Positions 39,401 to 49,130 of a stretch of DNA of 64,000 bases are shown here, piece by piece. Position numbers and translations under genes: made by a program. The first letter of the stretch is position 1; every line of letters starts with the position of its first letter. The notes under the pieces are model-generated. The model made no database searches. It was not told where the DNA came from and worked only from the letters and a program-made list of their open reading frames with translations. The stretch spans positions 8,184,001 to 8,248,000 of the forward strand of contig CM120641.1 of the NCBI GenBank assembly GCA_051362555.1, in the 5' to 3' direction. Source of the DNA: Lingula anatina. Its lineage: Eukaryota; Animalia; Brachiopoda.

Positions 39401-42400
39401 ACAAAAAAAAAAAAAAATTGAATCACATTATCCTGGACTTTCTTACTTTCGGGCATTTGGACGATAAACATACAGCGCATGCTTACAAAACAATGAAATA
39501 TTGTGCTTCTCACATAGGCTGACATCAATATATATTTTCATTGCAGTAGTTGACAAGAAGAATGATATGTCAATACTTTAATTGCATACGCTGCATGTTT
39601 ATCATCCATAATACTATAGAAACATAAATTTGCATATAAATGCTAAAATAAGCTTCAAAATGCTTTATTTAAATTATTTAAAACATTTAGTTTTCTGGGT
39701 TTCAGCTGTGCCCATGATATATAAAGTGGCTTTAATCTTCTTTAAATAGTACAATCGCTATTAGAGGAATGTATTTTACATATTCACATCATAAGAAAGT
39801 CCTGGATAAAATGCCTTTGCAAGGTTATGTTGTGTTTAACTTTCTGTGAGAGTTAAACACAACATAACCTTGCAAAGGCATTTCACATCACATTGTAATA
39901 AATATGTCAATGCTTTACCTGTGCTGGCAGACAGATCTAATAAGAAAAAGGGGTATAGATCTTATTGACTTTAAGTCCCCATAAATTTAACTTCCCCTTT
40001 TAAAGTTATACCCACTTCATACAGATATTTGCATGTTTTCTAGTCTCTAAGATAGCCCCCCCCCTCCCCGGCACCCACACCTGGTCATACCATAATATTG
40101 GACAGCCTGTCTGAAAATCCTGGCAAAACCCTGGATAAAAGCCATTAAAAATTGGGAAAATATATGAATTTACAAAAAATATGAATATCTTAGATATTTA
40201 ATAGTATACTAGTAAGGATCTATTATTCAGAATATCTGAACTATCTTTCCTATTTTGTATAGCAGTGCTGCATGTTACCCAGCTTTTGGTTTTTTAGTTG
40301 TTCTGGTAGGTGCTCAGAAAATTACAGTGAGCATGCATTAGATTGACAAGGATGAAACTTCTCTAGGGATTTCCTTGAATAGATAAATTGTTTTTTATGC
40401 AAATGCCTTAGTTCAATTTTCCCTTTGCTGATGTCATCTAAAACAACCTTCATTAAGATGCAGGATTCCTTTGAAAAAGAAAGCCAGTAGAGCACCAAAT
40501 AAAATGCATGACTTGCACCACAAAAGCATCTTAGCAAATTGGATTTAGTCACTTAATTGGACGTTATTGGGAATAGGCACTAAATTTGTAGAGCTGTATG
40601 CAATTAAGCCATTGTCAGTAGTTTCCAGTGGACTGTACTGGATGAGGAAAACAAAATTAAAACGTGAGAGAAACTTATTACTTATCCAGTGACATTTGGT
40701 CTTAAGAGAAATGGATGAATTCAGAAGATGGGCCTTAACAAGAATTAGATGATTGCCTGGCATGGATTTAACAACATAAAAATTACTGTCTGTCACATCT
40801 GTGATTACAGTGACTCAGTCCTGCTCTATGGGATATGAAGTTCCTTTTTCCATTAAATTTGTTTCTATTTCTGTCCTATAAAGAATCTCTTTGGTGACAT
40901 TTCAGTCCATATTTTTATTTTCTCTCAGGAAAAATAAAAAATAAATAAATAGAATGAAATAAATAATAATAATAATAATAATAATAAAATAATAAAAAAA
41001 GTTCCTCTTTAACTCAGTGGTACACAATGCTGATAATTATCTCATTTCAATTATTTGAAAGAAATACTTTTGATGCTCAGTATATACACTTTATAATTGG
41101 TTTTAATTCAATTTTCAGCTTGATTCTCCATTTGGAAAAGCAGATGCCTATGAAAAGCTAGAAAAGTTAGGAGAGGGCTCTTATGCTACAGTGTACAAAG
41201 GTCTTAGCAAGTAAGTCAATGCATAATATATTGGAAATTGATTGATCATTATTAAAATATCTTTATAAAATAAAAGCTTGAAAATTGGTATAGTTGGATT
41301 CATACTTTGAAACCATTTTATTGTAATCTTTTATTGTGAAAATTCTCACTTGTGGAAACTGCATATTGTGCACAGCATATTGTGTTGTAAGAACATGCAC
41401 TTTGTCAATACTCTAATGCTATCAATTTTTAAAATCTTTTTGTAACATTTTCTAAAATATCAAACTCCCAACTGACACATTTATAATTTTATCATTGTCA
41501 GAAACAAATGAAAGATTTGCCATATTATTTTTCATTATGAAGACTGGTTTATTTTTATTGATATTATAGAAGATATGTTGAATTTTGTAATTCCAGCTTA
41601 ACAAACCAGATAGTGGCATTAAAAGAAATTAGGTTGCAAGAAGAGGAAGGTGCACCCTTCACAGCCATTAGAGAAGGTGAGATGCCAGTGTTATAATGCT
41701 ACAGCTTATGAAATGAGTTGTCCAGTGTGTACCATAAACAAGACATTAGGTCTATTATCCTCACAGTGATTGTTTTAAAGGACTTAAATTGAATGGACCT
41801 TTTGGAATATAATCTTTAAGTTTTATAAGTCTTCTCTTCACTTTTTGTATCTTTCATTTTCTTTTCTTTTTTTAAAAATTTTATTATCCTCACAGTGATT
41901 GTTTTAAAGGACTTAAATGGAATGAACCTTTTGAAATATAATCTTTAAGTTTGATGAATCTTTTCTTCACTGTTTGTATCTTTCATTTTATTTTCTTTTT
42001 AGCATCCTTGCTCAAGGGTCTCAGACATGCCAACATTGTGATTCTCCATGATATTATCCACACCAGAGAATCATTAACTTTTGTATTTGAATATGTGGTA
42101 TGTAAACTTTTTGATATGTGGATTCTGTTACTAATATGATAAAGTGCACATTAAATTATAACCTAATTGCAATTCTGTAACTATCTCTTATCTTAAATTA
42201 TGATAGGCAAATGATTCTGTTTTTGTTTGAAAATATGAAACTAAGTTTCAGTGTGTGGTACAATGCCCATTTTGAAAATAATCAAAGGTGTCATGTAAAA
42301 AACTCTTTTAAGGTTGTTATTTAAATTGCAAAATATCACAGCATACCTAAGTGTGTTTGTTTTTTGTACAAATTTCAGCATACAGATCTAAGTCAATATT

Positions 42401-45200
42401 TAGAGAAGCACCAGGGAGGATTAAATCCCCTTAATGTAAAGGTAAGCAATACATTGATGATAGAGTCAAGGATTAATTATTATGTGTCCATTTCATCTTT
42501 AAGTCCAGCTGCGATAGAAAAACACAAAAAGTTAACTGTATGTTAAACTAGATAGACAAGTGTATAAAATCTGTGTAAAAAATAATAAAATGTAATTAAA
42601 TTTACCAGTAATGACTTTTGGGCACATGATTGATAATTTTAACCCATTTTTATAGCAGCTGGACTTTAAAGCAAGGTGTGGTAGTGAGATGGTTCTTGTG
42701 AAGATAGATAGATGGCTTTTAGATATGATGCATTATTTTTCTTAGTCTGAGCTAATTTATACCTTGATTATACAGGATTTTGGTTTGAAAAATAATAATA
42801 AAGTTGTAACAATTGATGACTATTACTTTTATTTTATAAATGAGGAAATATCCTACAAATATACCTTTTTAAAGAACTGAAGTAATAAATTTTATTTCTA
42901 GTTATTTTTATTTCAACTACTACGAGGGCTTTCATACTGTCATCAACGGAGGATACTTCACAGGTGAATATTAAAAAATATTGAAGTTGCGTGAGGTACA
43001 TCTTTAAAATAAGTGTCTTATCAATAATTATTGAAAAACTTAAATTGGTAGGAAATTTTTTTCGGTGTAAATCCCTGATGAGCTTATGTGTTACTGTATT
43101 TTCTCTCATGATTTCATCTTTCTATTAATCTGTCTCTCTCTCCCTCTCACTCTACAAAATAAAGATATTAATGGCACTGCAAAAGATAAAAGATTTCATA
43201 GGGGCACAAGGAATTGACAGTGCAGACCTTGCATTCTATTTTTTGAATCCCCAATGAAATAGTAACTAGGGGATTTTACCTCTATTTGTGAATTCAGGAG
43301 GGAATTTAAATGCCAGCACCAGTAAGGCTTAAAGATTGAATTTGCACAGAAGATTAAGTGCTCTGTTGTTGTATTTTGATTAAACTATGGTGAACTGAAA
43401 ATCTTCTGAAAGTTGAATTGATTTTTTAAAGAATATTTTTGCATCATTTTGTATAAAGTTACTTAAATATCTGTATTGGCCACATGTTGAAGATGCAAAT
43501 TCATTACTATTTGATCAATTTGCAGGGATTTGAAACCTCAGAACTTGCTCATTAGTGAAGTAGGGGAGCTGAAATTGGCAGATTTTGGTAAGTTATAAGG
43601 TCACATATGGACAGGGTGGGGTGAAGTGGGGTAGCCCCTCCCCCATGATATCCTAAATCTACCATGGGAATCATATTTACTTTTATGATTTATTTTAATA
43701 TATTTGATTTTTATTTTGATCAAGATTTGCAGTTTACACATATTTTAAATTGAAATTTTGCTGCAGTTTTCCATTGAGCTCCTTTCTTATATGAAAATAA
43801 ATAGTCCTCATTATGCCAATGTGTGTGCACCTATTTCAACTACCATACCCATTTTCATTTGTTATCTTTTCTCATTTTTTCAGGCTTAGCTAGAGCCAAG
43901 TCAGTCCCCAGTCGCACTTATTCCCATGAAGTGGTAACACTATGGTATAGACCCCCTGATGTATTATTAGGGTCTACAGATTACACTACATCTTTAGATA
44001 TATGGTAAGTCTGCTGATAGGTGGATACTGTTATTGCTGAGAGATCAAATATTAACGTATTTATTGTTGATTAAATAAAATTGTTTTAGTTTAATAACAA
44101 CAACAATAATAATAATAATATAGAGTTGGTTTAAAAGATTTATGGAGAAATAAATGTATCTCAGAGGAGGTAAACTCAGGTTCCCCTTGTTTATCCTGAT
44201 GTTGGTCTGACTACTTGGTCTATATTTAGTCATTTGAGTTAATTTTTATTTTGTTTATTATTTTTCCAGGGGTGTTGGTTGTATCTTCACAGAGATGATA
44301 TCTGGTGTGGCCACTTTTCCTGGGATGAAAGATGCATTTGATCAGTTAGACAAAATATGGCGGGTAAGCATGCATCTTGGATGAGAGTACAGCTGTACTT
44401 TTTCATTTAAACTGTGTTCTTCTGTATATTACTATGTATTATTGCACTGGAAATATGTGTGTTACATATACTATGTTAGTAATAAATAAATAATACTTAA
44501 ATTGTAGATATTGGGAACTCCAACAGAAGAGACATGGGAAGGTGTTTCAAGGTTTCCAAATTACAAAAAAGGTGAGAATTTTTTCTACTTTCAGTGCACA
44601 TGAATTTATAAAATTTGTTAATTTTTTTATAATGTCATGTAGTTAAAGCTTATTAATTTTCTGTCATGGGATTAAAACTTTCATTATAACATTTGGTCAT
44701 TTAATTCCATCGCCAACAGAAATTGACAGTGCTTAGCAAGGAAACAAACAAATATTGAAGAGCTGGATTTATTCCTTTTTTGTGTAAGGAAGGAACTACA
44801 GTTTTTCTGCATCGTGTTACATTGAAGGTAAATTTCATTTAAATGTTTCACAAAATGCTTTGATATGTGGCATATTTTCATTTTAGGCAAATTTTACAAG
44901 TATTCCAGACAGCGTTTGTCCCAAGCCATTCCTAAGCTGGGCCTTGTGCGCCATGCCGAAGACCTGGCTAACCATTTCCTACAGGTATCATGGCTAAATC
45001 CAGGCTGTCAAATTAGCTGAATATCCCTATTTTTTAGAAATGCTACATTTCATTGAAAAGGGGTTGCCAAAACTTGTTAGTTGGTTAAATCCAATTTGTT
45101 TAGCAGAATAGATTGATTTTGCTTAAGTTTTATAGCAATTTAGTTGGTTAAGTAATAGGGTAAAGATCTTGTGATGCTTACATTTAAAAAAAAATAAAAA

Positions 45201-45237
<37 letters not shown>

Positions 45238-45918
45238 ACTTTCATTGTTAACCAGTTCTTAATATTGTAGGTAATGACTTAATTTTATGACAAGTATTTT
45301 TATGATATACCACATACAGTGATATCTTTAAGACATTCGAAGTCATAAAGTGAACAACAGATGTAACTGTTGGAATAACTGAATATATGTATATATTTTT
45401 TGTAGTTGGACTCTGCCAAAAGGATCTCAGCAAAAAATGCCATGTATCATGATTACTTCTCAGATCTTCCCCCAAGGATACATGAGCTCCCTGATGGTAC
45501 AGATTTTGTTCATATAAAGATGATGTTTTATACTGAATTTGTATTGATAACATGGTGCAACATTTATGATTGTTATGAAATGTTGGTATTTATATAATAT
45601 TTGCTTAAGGATAACCTTTTTTGTGTACTCGTTCAGTGAACAGCATGGCAAAACGTTTAATGCAGCAAAAGCAACTTTATAGATGAGATGACAATTGATC
45701 TAAAAATGTTTTGAAATAAACTAAGATATTTTGATTCTGTTGATAAACAAGTCGACTTCCATTGTCTCATTTTAGAGTTTTGAAAATATTTTCCATCAAT
45801 TTCAGTTGCCTCAATATACACCATTCCTGGGCTACGTCTGGTACCAGAAAAAGACCAATTACTCAGACCCACAATAAGGACTAACCCACACATGAGAACA
45901 GCAAGCCAGAAAGTATAG
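9542..45918 (+). CDS. CDK14: PFTAIRE-family cyclin-dependent kinase (CDK14/CDK15, Eip63E-like), spliced gene span with 17 coding exons, 500 aa
   Basis: Manual exon assembly: 9542-9587, 13589-13657, 20993-21033, 24996-25137, 39102-39271, 41119-41210, 41597-41676, 42003-42097, 42379-42441, 42902-42963, 43526-43587, 43884-44004, 44270-44363, 44508-44571, 44887-44984, 45406-45496, 45806-45918. All introns are GT-AG with compatible phases and the lengths sum to 1503 nt. Motifs [48 protein letters not shown]. Confidence 0.93.
11709..11787. repeat. Compound polyC-(CCA)n-(CA)n microsatellite
   Basis: Seen directly. Confidence 0.95.
13589..13657 (+). CDS. CDK14: CDK14-like exon 2 ([23 protein letters not shown])
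   Basis: Acceptor ttttcag, donor G|gtaagg. The KLKRRxSxSFGRL motif resembles the N-terminus of invertebrate PFTAIRE kinases (Eip63E) as I recall it. Confidence 0.85.
13874..14046. mobile_element. Short CAG-ended MITE with 5-bp TSD TTGTT
   Basis: TIRs CAGGCCCGTAGCCAG / CTGGCTACAGACCTG (13/15); TTGTT on both sides; second copy inverted at 27724-27874. Confidence 0.8.
14125..14171. repeat. (CA)n/(CACG)n microsatellite
   Basis: Seen directly. Confidence 0.9.
17050..17510. repeat. About 160-bp tandem repeat, roughly 3 copies, inside the HINE
   Basis: CAAGTTCGAAAATC recurs at 17134, 17293 and 17453. Confidence 0.9.
17620..19085. repeat. Diverged tandem repeat of about 335-340 bp, roughly 4 copies, inside the HINE
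   Basis: GGCATTTTCAAGGTGTGAC-like anchor at 17916, 18252, 18586 and 18928, each followed by an AAAA(A)TGATGGT...CATTATGTAAT-like block. Confidence 0.8.
20993..21033 (+). CDS. CDK14: CDK14-like exon 3, 41-nt small exon ([14 protein letters not shown])
   Basis: Strong polypyrimidine acceptor and CAG|gtaagc donor; supplies the phase 1-to-0 bridge needed between exons 2 and 4. Confidence 0.8.
21285..21375 (+). mobile_element. Partial copy of the Harbinger-like MITE family
   Basis: TAA|GACTGGGTTCCCAT..TAGATCGATCC..AACTCCCTGGGGAGTCTCACTAAATTGC, similar to the left arm of the 36242 element. Confidence 0.6.
21387..21426. repeat. (CA)n microsatellite
   Basis: Seen directly. Confidence 0.95.
21961..22132. 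mobile_element. Short CAG-ended MITE with 5-bp TSD CAAAG
   Basis: TIRs CAGGGGTAGTGCTA / TAGCGCTACCCCAG (12/14); CAAAG at 21956-21960 and 22133-22137. Confidence 0.75.
24996..25137 (+). CDS. CDK14: CDK14-like exon 4 ([16 protein letters not shown]...YEQYDAM)
   Basis: Acceptor cccttttttttcag, donor G|gtaagc, open frame, phase 0 to 1. Confidence 0.78.
25376..26135. mobile_element. PIF/Harbinger-like MITE with about 190-bp terminal inverted repeats and TTA target-site duplication
   Basis: 25376-25567 is the reverse complement of about 25944-26135 with few mismatches; an inner inverted pair at about 25679-25715 and 25909-25944; TTA at 25373-25375 and 26136-26138. Confidence 0.88.
26246..26485. 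mobile_element. Degenerate Harbinger-like MITE
   Basis: Starts TTA|GACCCCATTCCCA like the neighbouring MITE; internal inverted pair CCCAACTCT..GGGGACTCTTGCTAAGTGCAATC / GATTGCACTCAGCAAGAATCCCC..AGAGTTGGG; right end eroded. Confidence 0.65.
27724..27874. mobile_element. Second, inverted copy of the 13874 MITE
   Basis: TIRs CAGGTCCGCAGCCAG / CTGGCTACAGGCTTG; internal CTAGGTACACAAAGGTTTC is the reverse complement of GAAACCTTTGTGTACCTAG at about 13943-13961. Confidence 0.75.
28813..28945. repeat. Minisatellite, about 3 copies of 41-51 bp
   Basis: CAATAATATTGGTACCA occurs three times; GAGATACCAAT occurs twice. Confidence 0.8.
31293..31460. mobile_element. Degenerate MITE core related to the 26246 element
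   Basis: AATTCCATGGAGACTCTTGCTAAATG ... CATTCAGGGAGAGTCCCTGTGGAGTT imperfect inverted pair, with internal similarity to 26320-26420. Confidence 0.5.
31630..31809 (-). mobile_element. Partial copy of the Harbinger-like MITE family
   Basis: The reverse complement aligns by eye with 36242-36360 (GATCGATCTATCTCC..GGGGA.TCTCACTA...AAGCTG.TAAGGGGTAATTA). Confidence 0.65.
35971..36238. mobile_element. Harbinger-like MITE 1 of a tandem stack
   Basis: Ends GGGAGAATTCAGAT / ATCTGAATGCAGTC; internal inverted pair ATCAGCTTAATTGTCTGACACGCCTC / GAGGTGTGTCAGACAACTAAGCTGAT; flanked by TAA on both sides. Confidence 0.72.
36242..36456. mobile_element. Harbinger-like MITE 2 of a tandem stack
   Basis: Ends GGGTGCATTCCCATAGATTTTAGATCGATC / GATCGGTCTAAATCTCTTGGAATGGGGTC; related to fragments at 21285-21375 and 31630-31809. 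Confidence 0.72.
36460..36686. mobile_element. Harbinger-like MITE 3 of a tandem stack
   Basis: GCATGCAGAACAGATGATCCTCGGACTAA pairs with TTAGTCCGCGGATCATCTGTTCTGAATGC; shares ACTAAATATGGC with the 25376 element. Confidence 0.75.
39102..39271 (+). CDS. CDK14: CDK14-like exon 5 ([17 protein letters not shown]...RRRPRSE...KRLSSFG)
   Basis: Acceptor ttttgcag, donor GGA|gtaagt, phase 1 to 0; the VRRHxS motif resembles the CDK14 pre-kinase region. Confidence 0.85.
39311..39930. mobile_element. Old foldback/MITE-like element in intron 5
   Basis: Nested imperfect inverted pairs: CTGCCTACACAG / CTGTGCTGGCAG at the ends; TATCCTGGACTTTCTTA / TAAGAAAGTCCTGGATA; GGACGATAAACATACAGCGCATGC / GCATACGCTGCATGTTTATCATCC. 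Confidence 0.55.
41119..41210 (+). CDS. CDK14: CDK14-like exon 6 ([30 protein letters not shown]), glycine-rich loop
   Basis: Kinase subdomain I; AG/GT boundaries. Confidence 0.95.
41597..41676 (+). CDS. CDK14: CDK14-like exon 7 ([26 protein letters not shown])
   Basis: Catalytic lysine and the diagnostic PFTAIRE helix. Confidence 0.97.
41753..42002. repeat. Tandem duplication with 129-bp period covering the 3' end of intron 7
   Basis: TATTATCCTCACAGTGATTGTTTTAAAGGACTTAAAT starts at both 41753 and 41882. Confidence 0.9.
42003..42097 (+). CDS. CDK14: CDK14-like exon 8 ([32 protein letters not shown])
   Basis: Kinase subdomains IV-V; AG/GT boundaries. Confidence 0.96.
42379..42441 (+). CDS. 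CDK14: CDK14-like exon 9 ([21 protein letters not shown])
   Basis: Matches the PFTAIRE hinge region; phase 0 to 0. Confidence 0.95.
42902..42963 (+). CDS. CDK14: CDK14-like exon 10 ([21 protein letters not shown])
   Basis: Subdomain VIa; acceptor ttctag, donor AG|gtgaat. Not present in the ORF track. Confidence 0.95.
43526..43587 (+). CDS. CDK14: CDK14-like exon 11 ([20 protein letters not shown])
   Basis: Catalytic loop and the DFG motif split across the intron. Confidence 0.96.
43884..44004 (+). CDS. CDK14: CDK14-like exon 12 ([41 protein letters not shown])
   Basis: Activation segment typical of PFTAIRE/PCTAIRE kinases. Confidence 0.97.
44270..44363 (+). CDS. CDK14: CDK14-like exon 13 ([31 protein letters not shown])
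   Basis: Subdomains IX-X; FPGMKD is typical of CDK14. Confidence 0.95.
44508..44571 (+). CDS. CDK14: CDK14-like exon 14 ([21 protein letters not shown])
   Basis: LGTP..W motif of the CDK insert; AG/GT boundaries. Confidence 0.94.
44887..44984 (+). CDS. CDK14: CDK14-like exon 15 ([33 protein letters not shown])
   Basis: HAEDLA motif as in CDK14; phase 1 to 0. Confidence 0.92.
45190..45238. repeat. (AAAT)n microsatellite
   Basis: Seen directly. Confidence 0.9.
45406..45496 (+). CDS. CDK14: CDK14-like exon 16 ([30 protein letters not shown])
   Basis: Subdomain XI (KRISA, [10 protein letters not shown]). Confidence 0.94.
45806..45918 (+). CDS. CDK14: CDK14-like last coding exon ([37 protein letters not shown])
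   Basis: SIxTxPxxRL tail as in CDK14; TAG at 45916-45918. Confidence 0.9.
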
Positions 45919-46367
45919 TATTATCCAATTCTAGGTAGGAATCATTGGTAGCTTTAGAAATTTTATCTTGTATCAAAATGCATATAGTGTCAGTTAGTGA
46001 GTTATGTCTCTTTCAACATATTAATTTCATGACTTACCATATCTTTCCTTTTAAGTTATTCTTATAAGATTAATTTGTAAAATTGCTTCATGCCAGACTT
46101 GAACGATCTTCTAGTTATTTTTGTTGGAGTGCATTTAAGAAACCAATAATACTTTAAAAATTTGTATCATGACTGAAGAAGTATGACTCACTCTGAATCA
46201 CCTCAATATGAAGATTACAGGAAATTCTAAAAAAAAAGGTTAATTACCTTAAATACATGGGGACTATATCTGTCAACATTAATCAAAACGCAGCAGTTAA
46301 TTTAAGAAAAATGACAGATATCAATGACTCAGATTGATTTGAAAATGTGAACTTTCATATTTTCCAG

Positions 46368-49130
46368 GTGATCCCAAGGTGGTCCCCTTGTAACACAGGG
46401 TTAGAACCCCATGATTCTAGGGTCAGTGATGACAAACATTGGAACATGGGACATCAATGCAACAAAACATGGCCTATAGTGTAGCAGTATTTCAGTGGTC
46501 ATTTGAAGAGAATTAAATTTTCTCTACCTAGTATTCAAGAATCTAAGTTTTTAAGGCCATCACAGCTGAGCTGATGTGATTTGTTGTGGGCAGTTAATGT
46601 GTTTTTACACATTTGATCTGATTGTTGTTTTAAAGAATTCTTATTAGGAAAAACTGTTCTCAGAATCAAGAGCGCTTATCAGTTTGGATTTTCAAATGCT
46701 GAGAAGTCAAAGGTCAAAATTAATTCAGGGATGAGTGATGCAGAAATTGTGGTCAAACTTACTACTGGGACTCGAGCGGGGATGCCATGACTAACTTGGA
46801 AGATTTATTTTCTGAAAATAATAACCTCTGTGAAAGACTTTGTGAGGATAACATGAATATTTTCAAATATGTACAGTGGGCATTTCATTATAATTATAAA
46901 AGGGTTTTATGTCTACAATTTATTGAATTGGAAAGAAAGCGTTGGGATCCTGCAATTTGAGAGAATGCATACAGACCTTGCTCTGGAAATAATTAAATGT
47001 TTAAAAAAAAATCACTATCACTGTTTAAGGCACACCAAATGAGTTGATTTTTAAAGTCAACTGGTGCTATCTACAAAATTTTTTTTATGCTCAGAATAAG
47101 ATTGTACACAAGAAAAACGATCTTCCCAATCTTGGAAATTGAATGATGGTGTATCATCTACTAGTATGTGAATGTGTAAACTACCATCAGCTATTATTGT
47201 AATACTTCCAGTCTTGTGGTCCAGAATCAAAGAAGTTCACTTTAGATATCGACTTCATTAGCAATGTACAATTTGTGGACAAGGATTTTTGTCACCAGTG
47301 TATTTAAGGAGCTTATTTCTCACCAGAATCTTTAGTTAGAGTGCCCTTAACCCCTCTGAGACTACCAGTGCCAAATGTTGTGGTCCCATGTGTCGTGTGG
47401 ACTGATGCCAGGTGCAATCCTGCCATTCTTCATTTAATGCATCAGTTTCCCCATCAAGGATTTCTTTTCCATTTTTCTGCCAAAACTGTCATATTTTGGT
47501 CCTTTCTATCTCATAAACAATTATGAATATTTTATGTTCAGCTGGTTGAGAAAGTATGTGTTCAAGAGTGAATAACAATTTTAGTTTTACAGATAGTTTT
47601 ACAGATGAGCTGGAATAATTTCACCATGCTTATAATGATACATAGTTAGATTTGGTTGAAGAGGAGCACTTTTAGTGGATCTGTAGTGCAAATGCATTTT
47701 TGGAATCTTGCACTTTTTTGAGAGGGTGGTTACGGAAAGTACATAGATTGAATTGTATTTAATTTATCTGAGATGGATGGTTATTTATCATAGAGTATGT
47801 TTTGAAAATAATAGATTTCCGTTTATAACAAGACCATGTCACATAGACACATCTCCTGGCTAAAATAAAAAGGATAATAGGGACACAACTTAATTTTAAA
47901 GTTTATTTATACTAAATATAAATTACATCACTTGATGGTAGGTACAAGAGCAAGAATGTTTGTTATGAAGGAAGTTCTTCCTTTTGTGCAGTCACAGTAG
48001 AATATACTAGTGAGTTTTGCACAAGCTTTACTTAAATCACTTCAGTGGAGTAATCTTTCCTTCTCCTTTTTAATCTTTTTATGTTTCCATACTATATTTT
48101 AATATAGTAATGTAATGACAGAACATACAATACCAAAATTAATGAAACTATTACAGGTGAACATGTGACAAAATTACTTGATAATCATTAGTAAAATATG
48201 CAAGCATAGAATCCATCTTAGGTAGATGTCATGGATCCGAACAAAAATGCTTTGAGAGTGTTGAATATTTTTGGCAGAAAACTACTTGCTTATTGGCTAC
48301 AGTATTTCAAATATAATTAAATTTAGGTGCTTGCTTGACTCATTAGATAAATGTAACAAAATATTTTAATTCAAAATGTGATATTTTGAAATGTCTGTGA
48401 CGCAAATGCAGATGAGGCAGTAGAGAACCATGAGGGTATATTTATTGTGCATCCATGTCGGTTATTTAACTGACAGCTGTCTATTGTTTGTGTGAAACCA
48501 GCTTCAACAATGAGATTTTTGCATGATCGTTTTCTTTTCCTTGTTTACCAATTCATGTATCATGCAACTAGATGCCAAATGGTGGTTGAAATTTCACAGA
48601 GAGCTCAAAGCATAAGATATCTTTTGAAGTGTTACGTTAGGAGTATGATATTTAAAAGTGATGCACTGAAAGCTCACCAGACATTTCTATGTTCTCAGCA
48701 GAGTTGAAGCTTTCCATGTTCATGGTGCCATATTAAGTGGTCCCCATAATTTTACATACTTGTACCACAGTGTGGGTAAATGCTTTTTGAGATGCATCAG
48801 ATGGTGTGAAAAGCAACTGGTTGCAAGTTTTTTTAATGCTGCTCATCTGTTGCTATCTAGTTAACTTGTCTTATTTTACTATAGTCTATAGAGGCTGTAT
48901 GAAACCAGTGAGAGAAACCATATTGAAAGGGTAATATCAACAAAAATGTGAATACAAGATGAAAAGAAACAATCACAATAGTTCACATATATATATGTCT
49001 TATTCACAGACTGTATAGATTATTAGTGTGTTCAGCACACATATGCATCGACTTCTATATATATATGGTAACATACCTTATGAACTTGACTTGCACAGCA
49101 AAGTATGTAAAATGCATAAAATTGATAATA
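46368..49130 (+). other. Probable non-coding terminal exon (3' UTR) of the CDK14-like gene
   Basis: Donor ctag|gtagga at 45935 (16 nt after the stop), acceptor atattttccag at 46367, AATAAA at 49107-49112 just before the CpG-rich Frizzled upstream region. Confidence 0.5.

Noticed and set aside
45406-45440. Missing proline in subdomain XI (LDSAKRISA instead of xDPxKR)
   Set aside because: Related PCTAIRE kinases also lack this proline, and all catalytic motifs are intact, so it is not a pseudokinase.
46480-48735. miRNA seed matches in the kinase 3' UTR (CAGTATT, TGGTGCTA at 47062, GTGCCATA at 48725)
   Set aside because: 7-8-mers are expected by chance in a multi-kb UTR; not supportable without conservation data.
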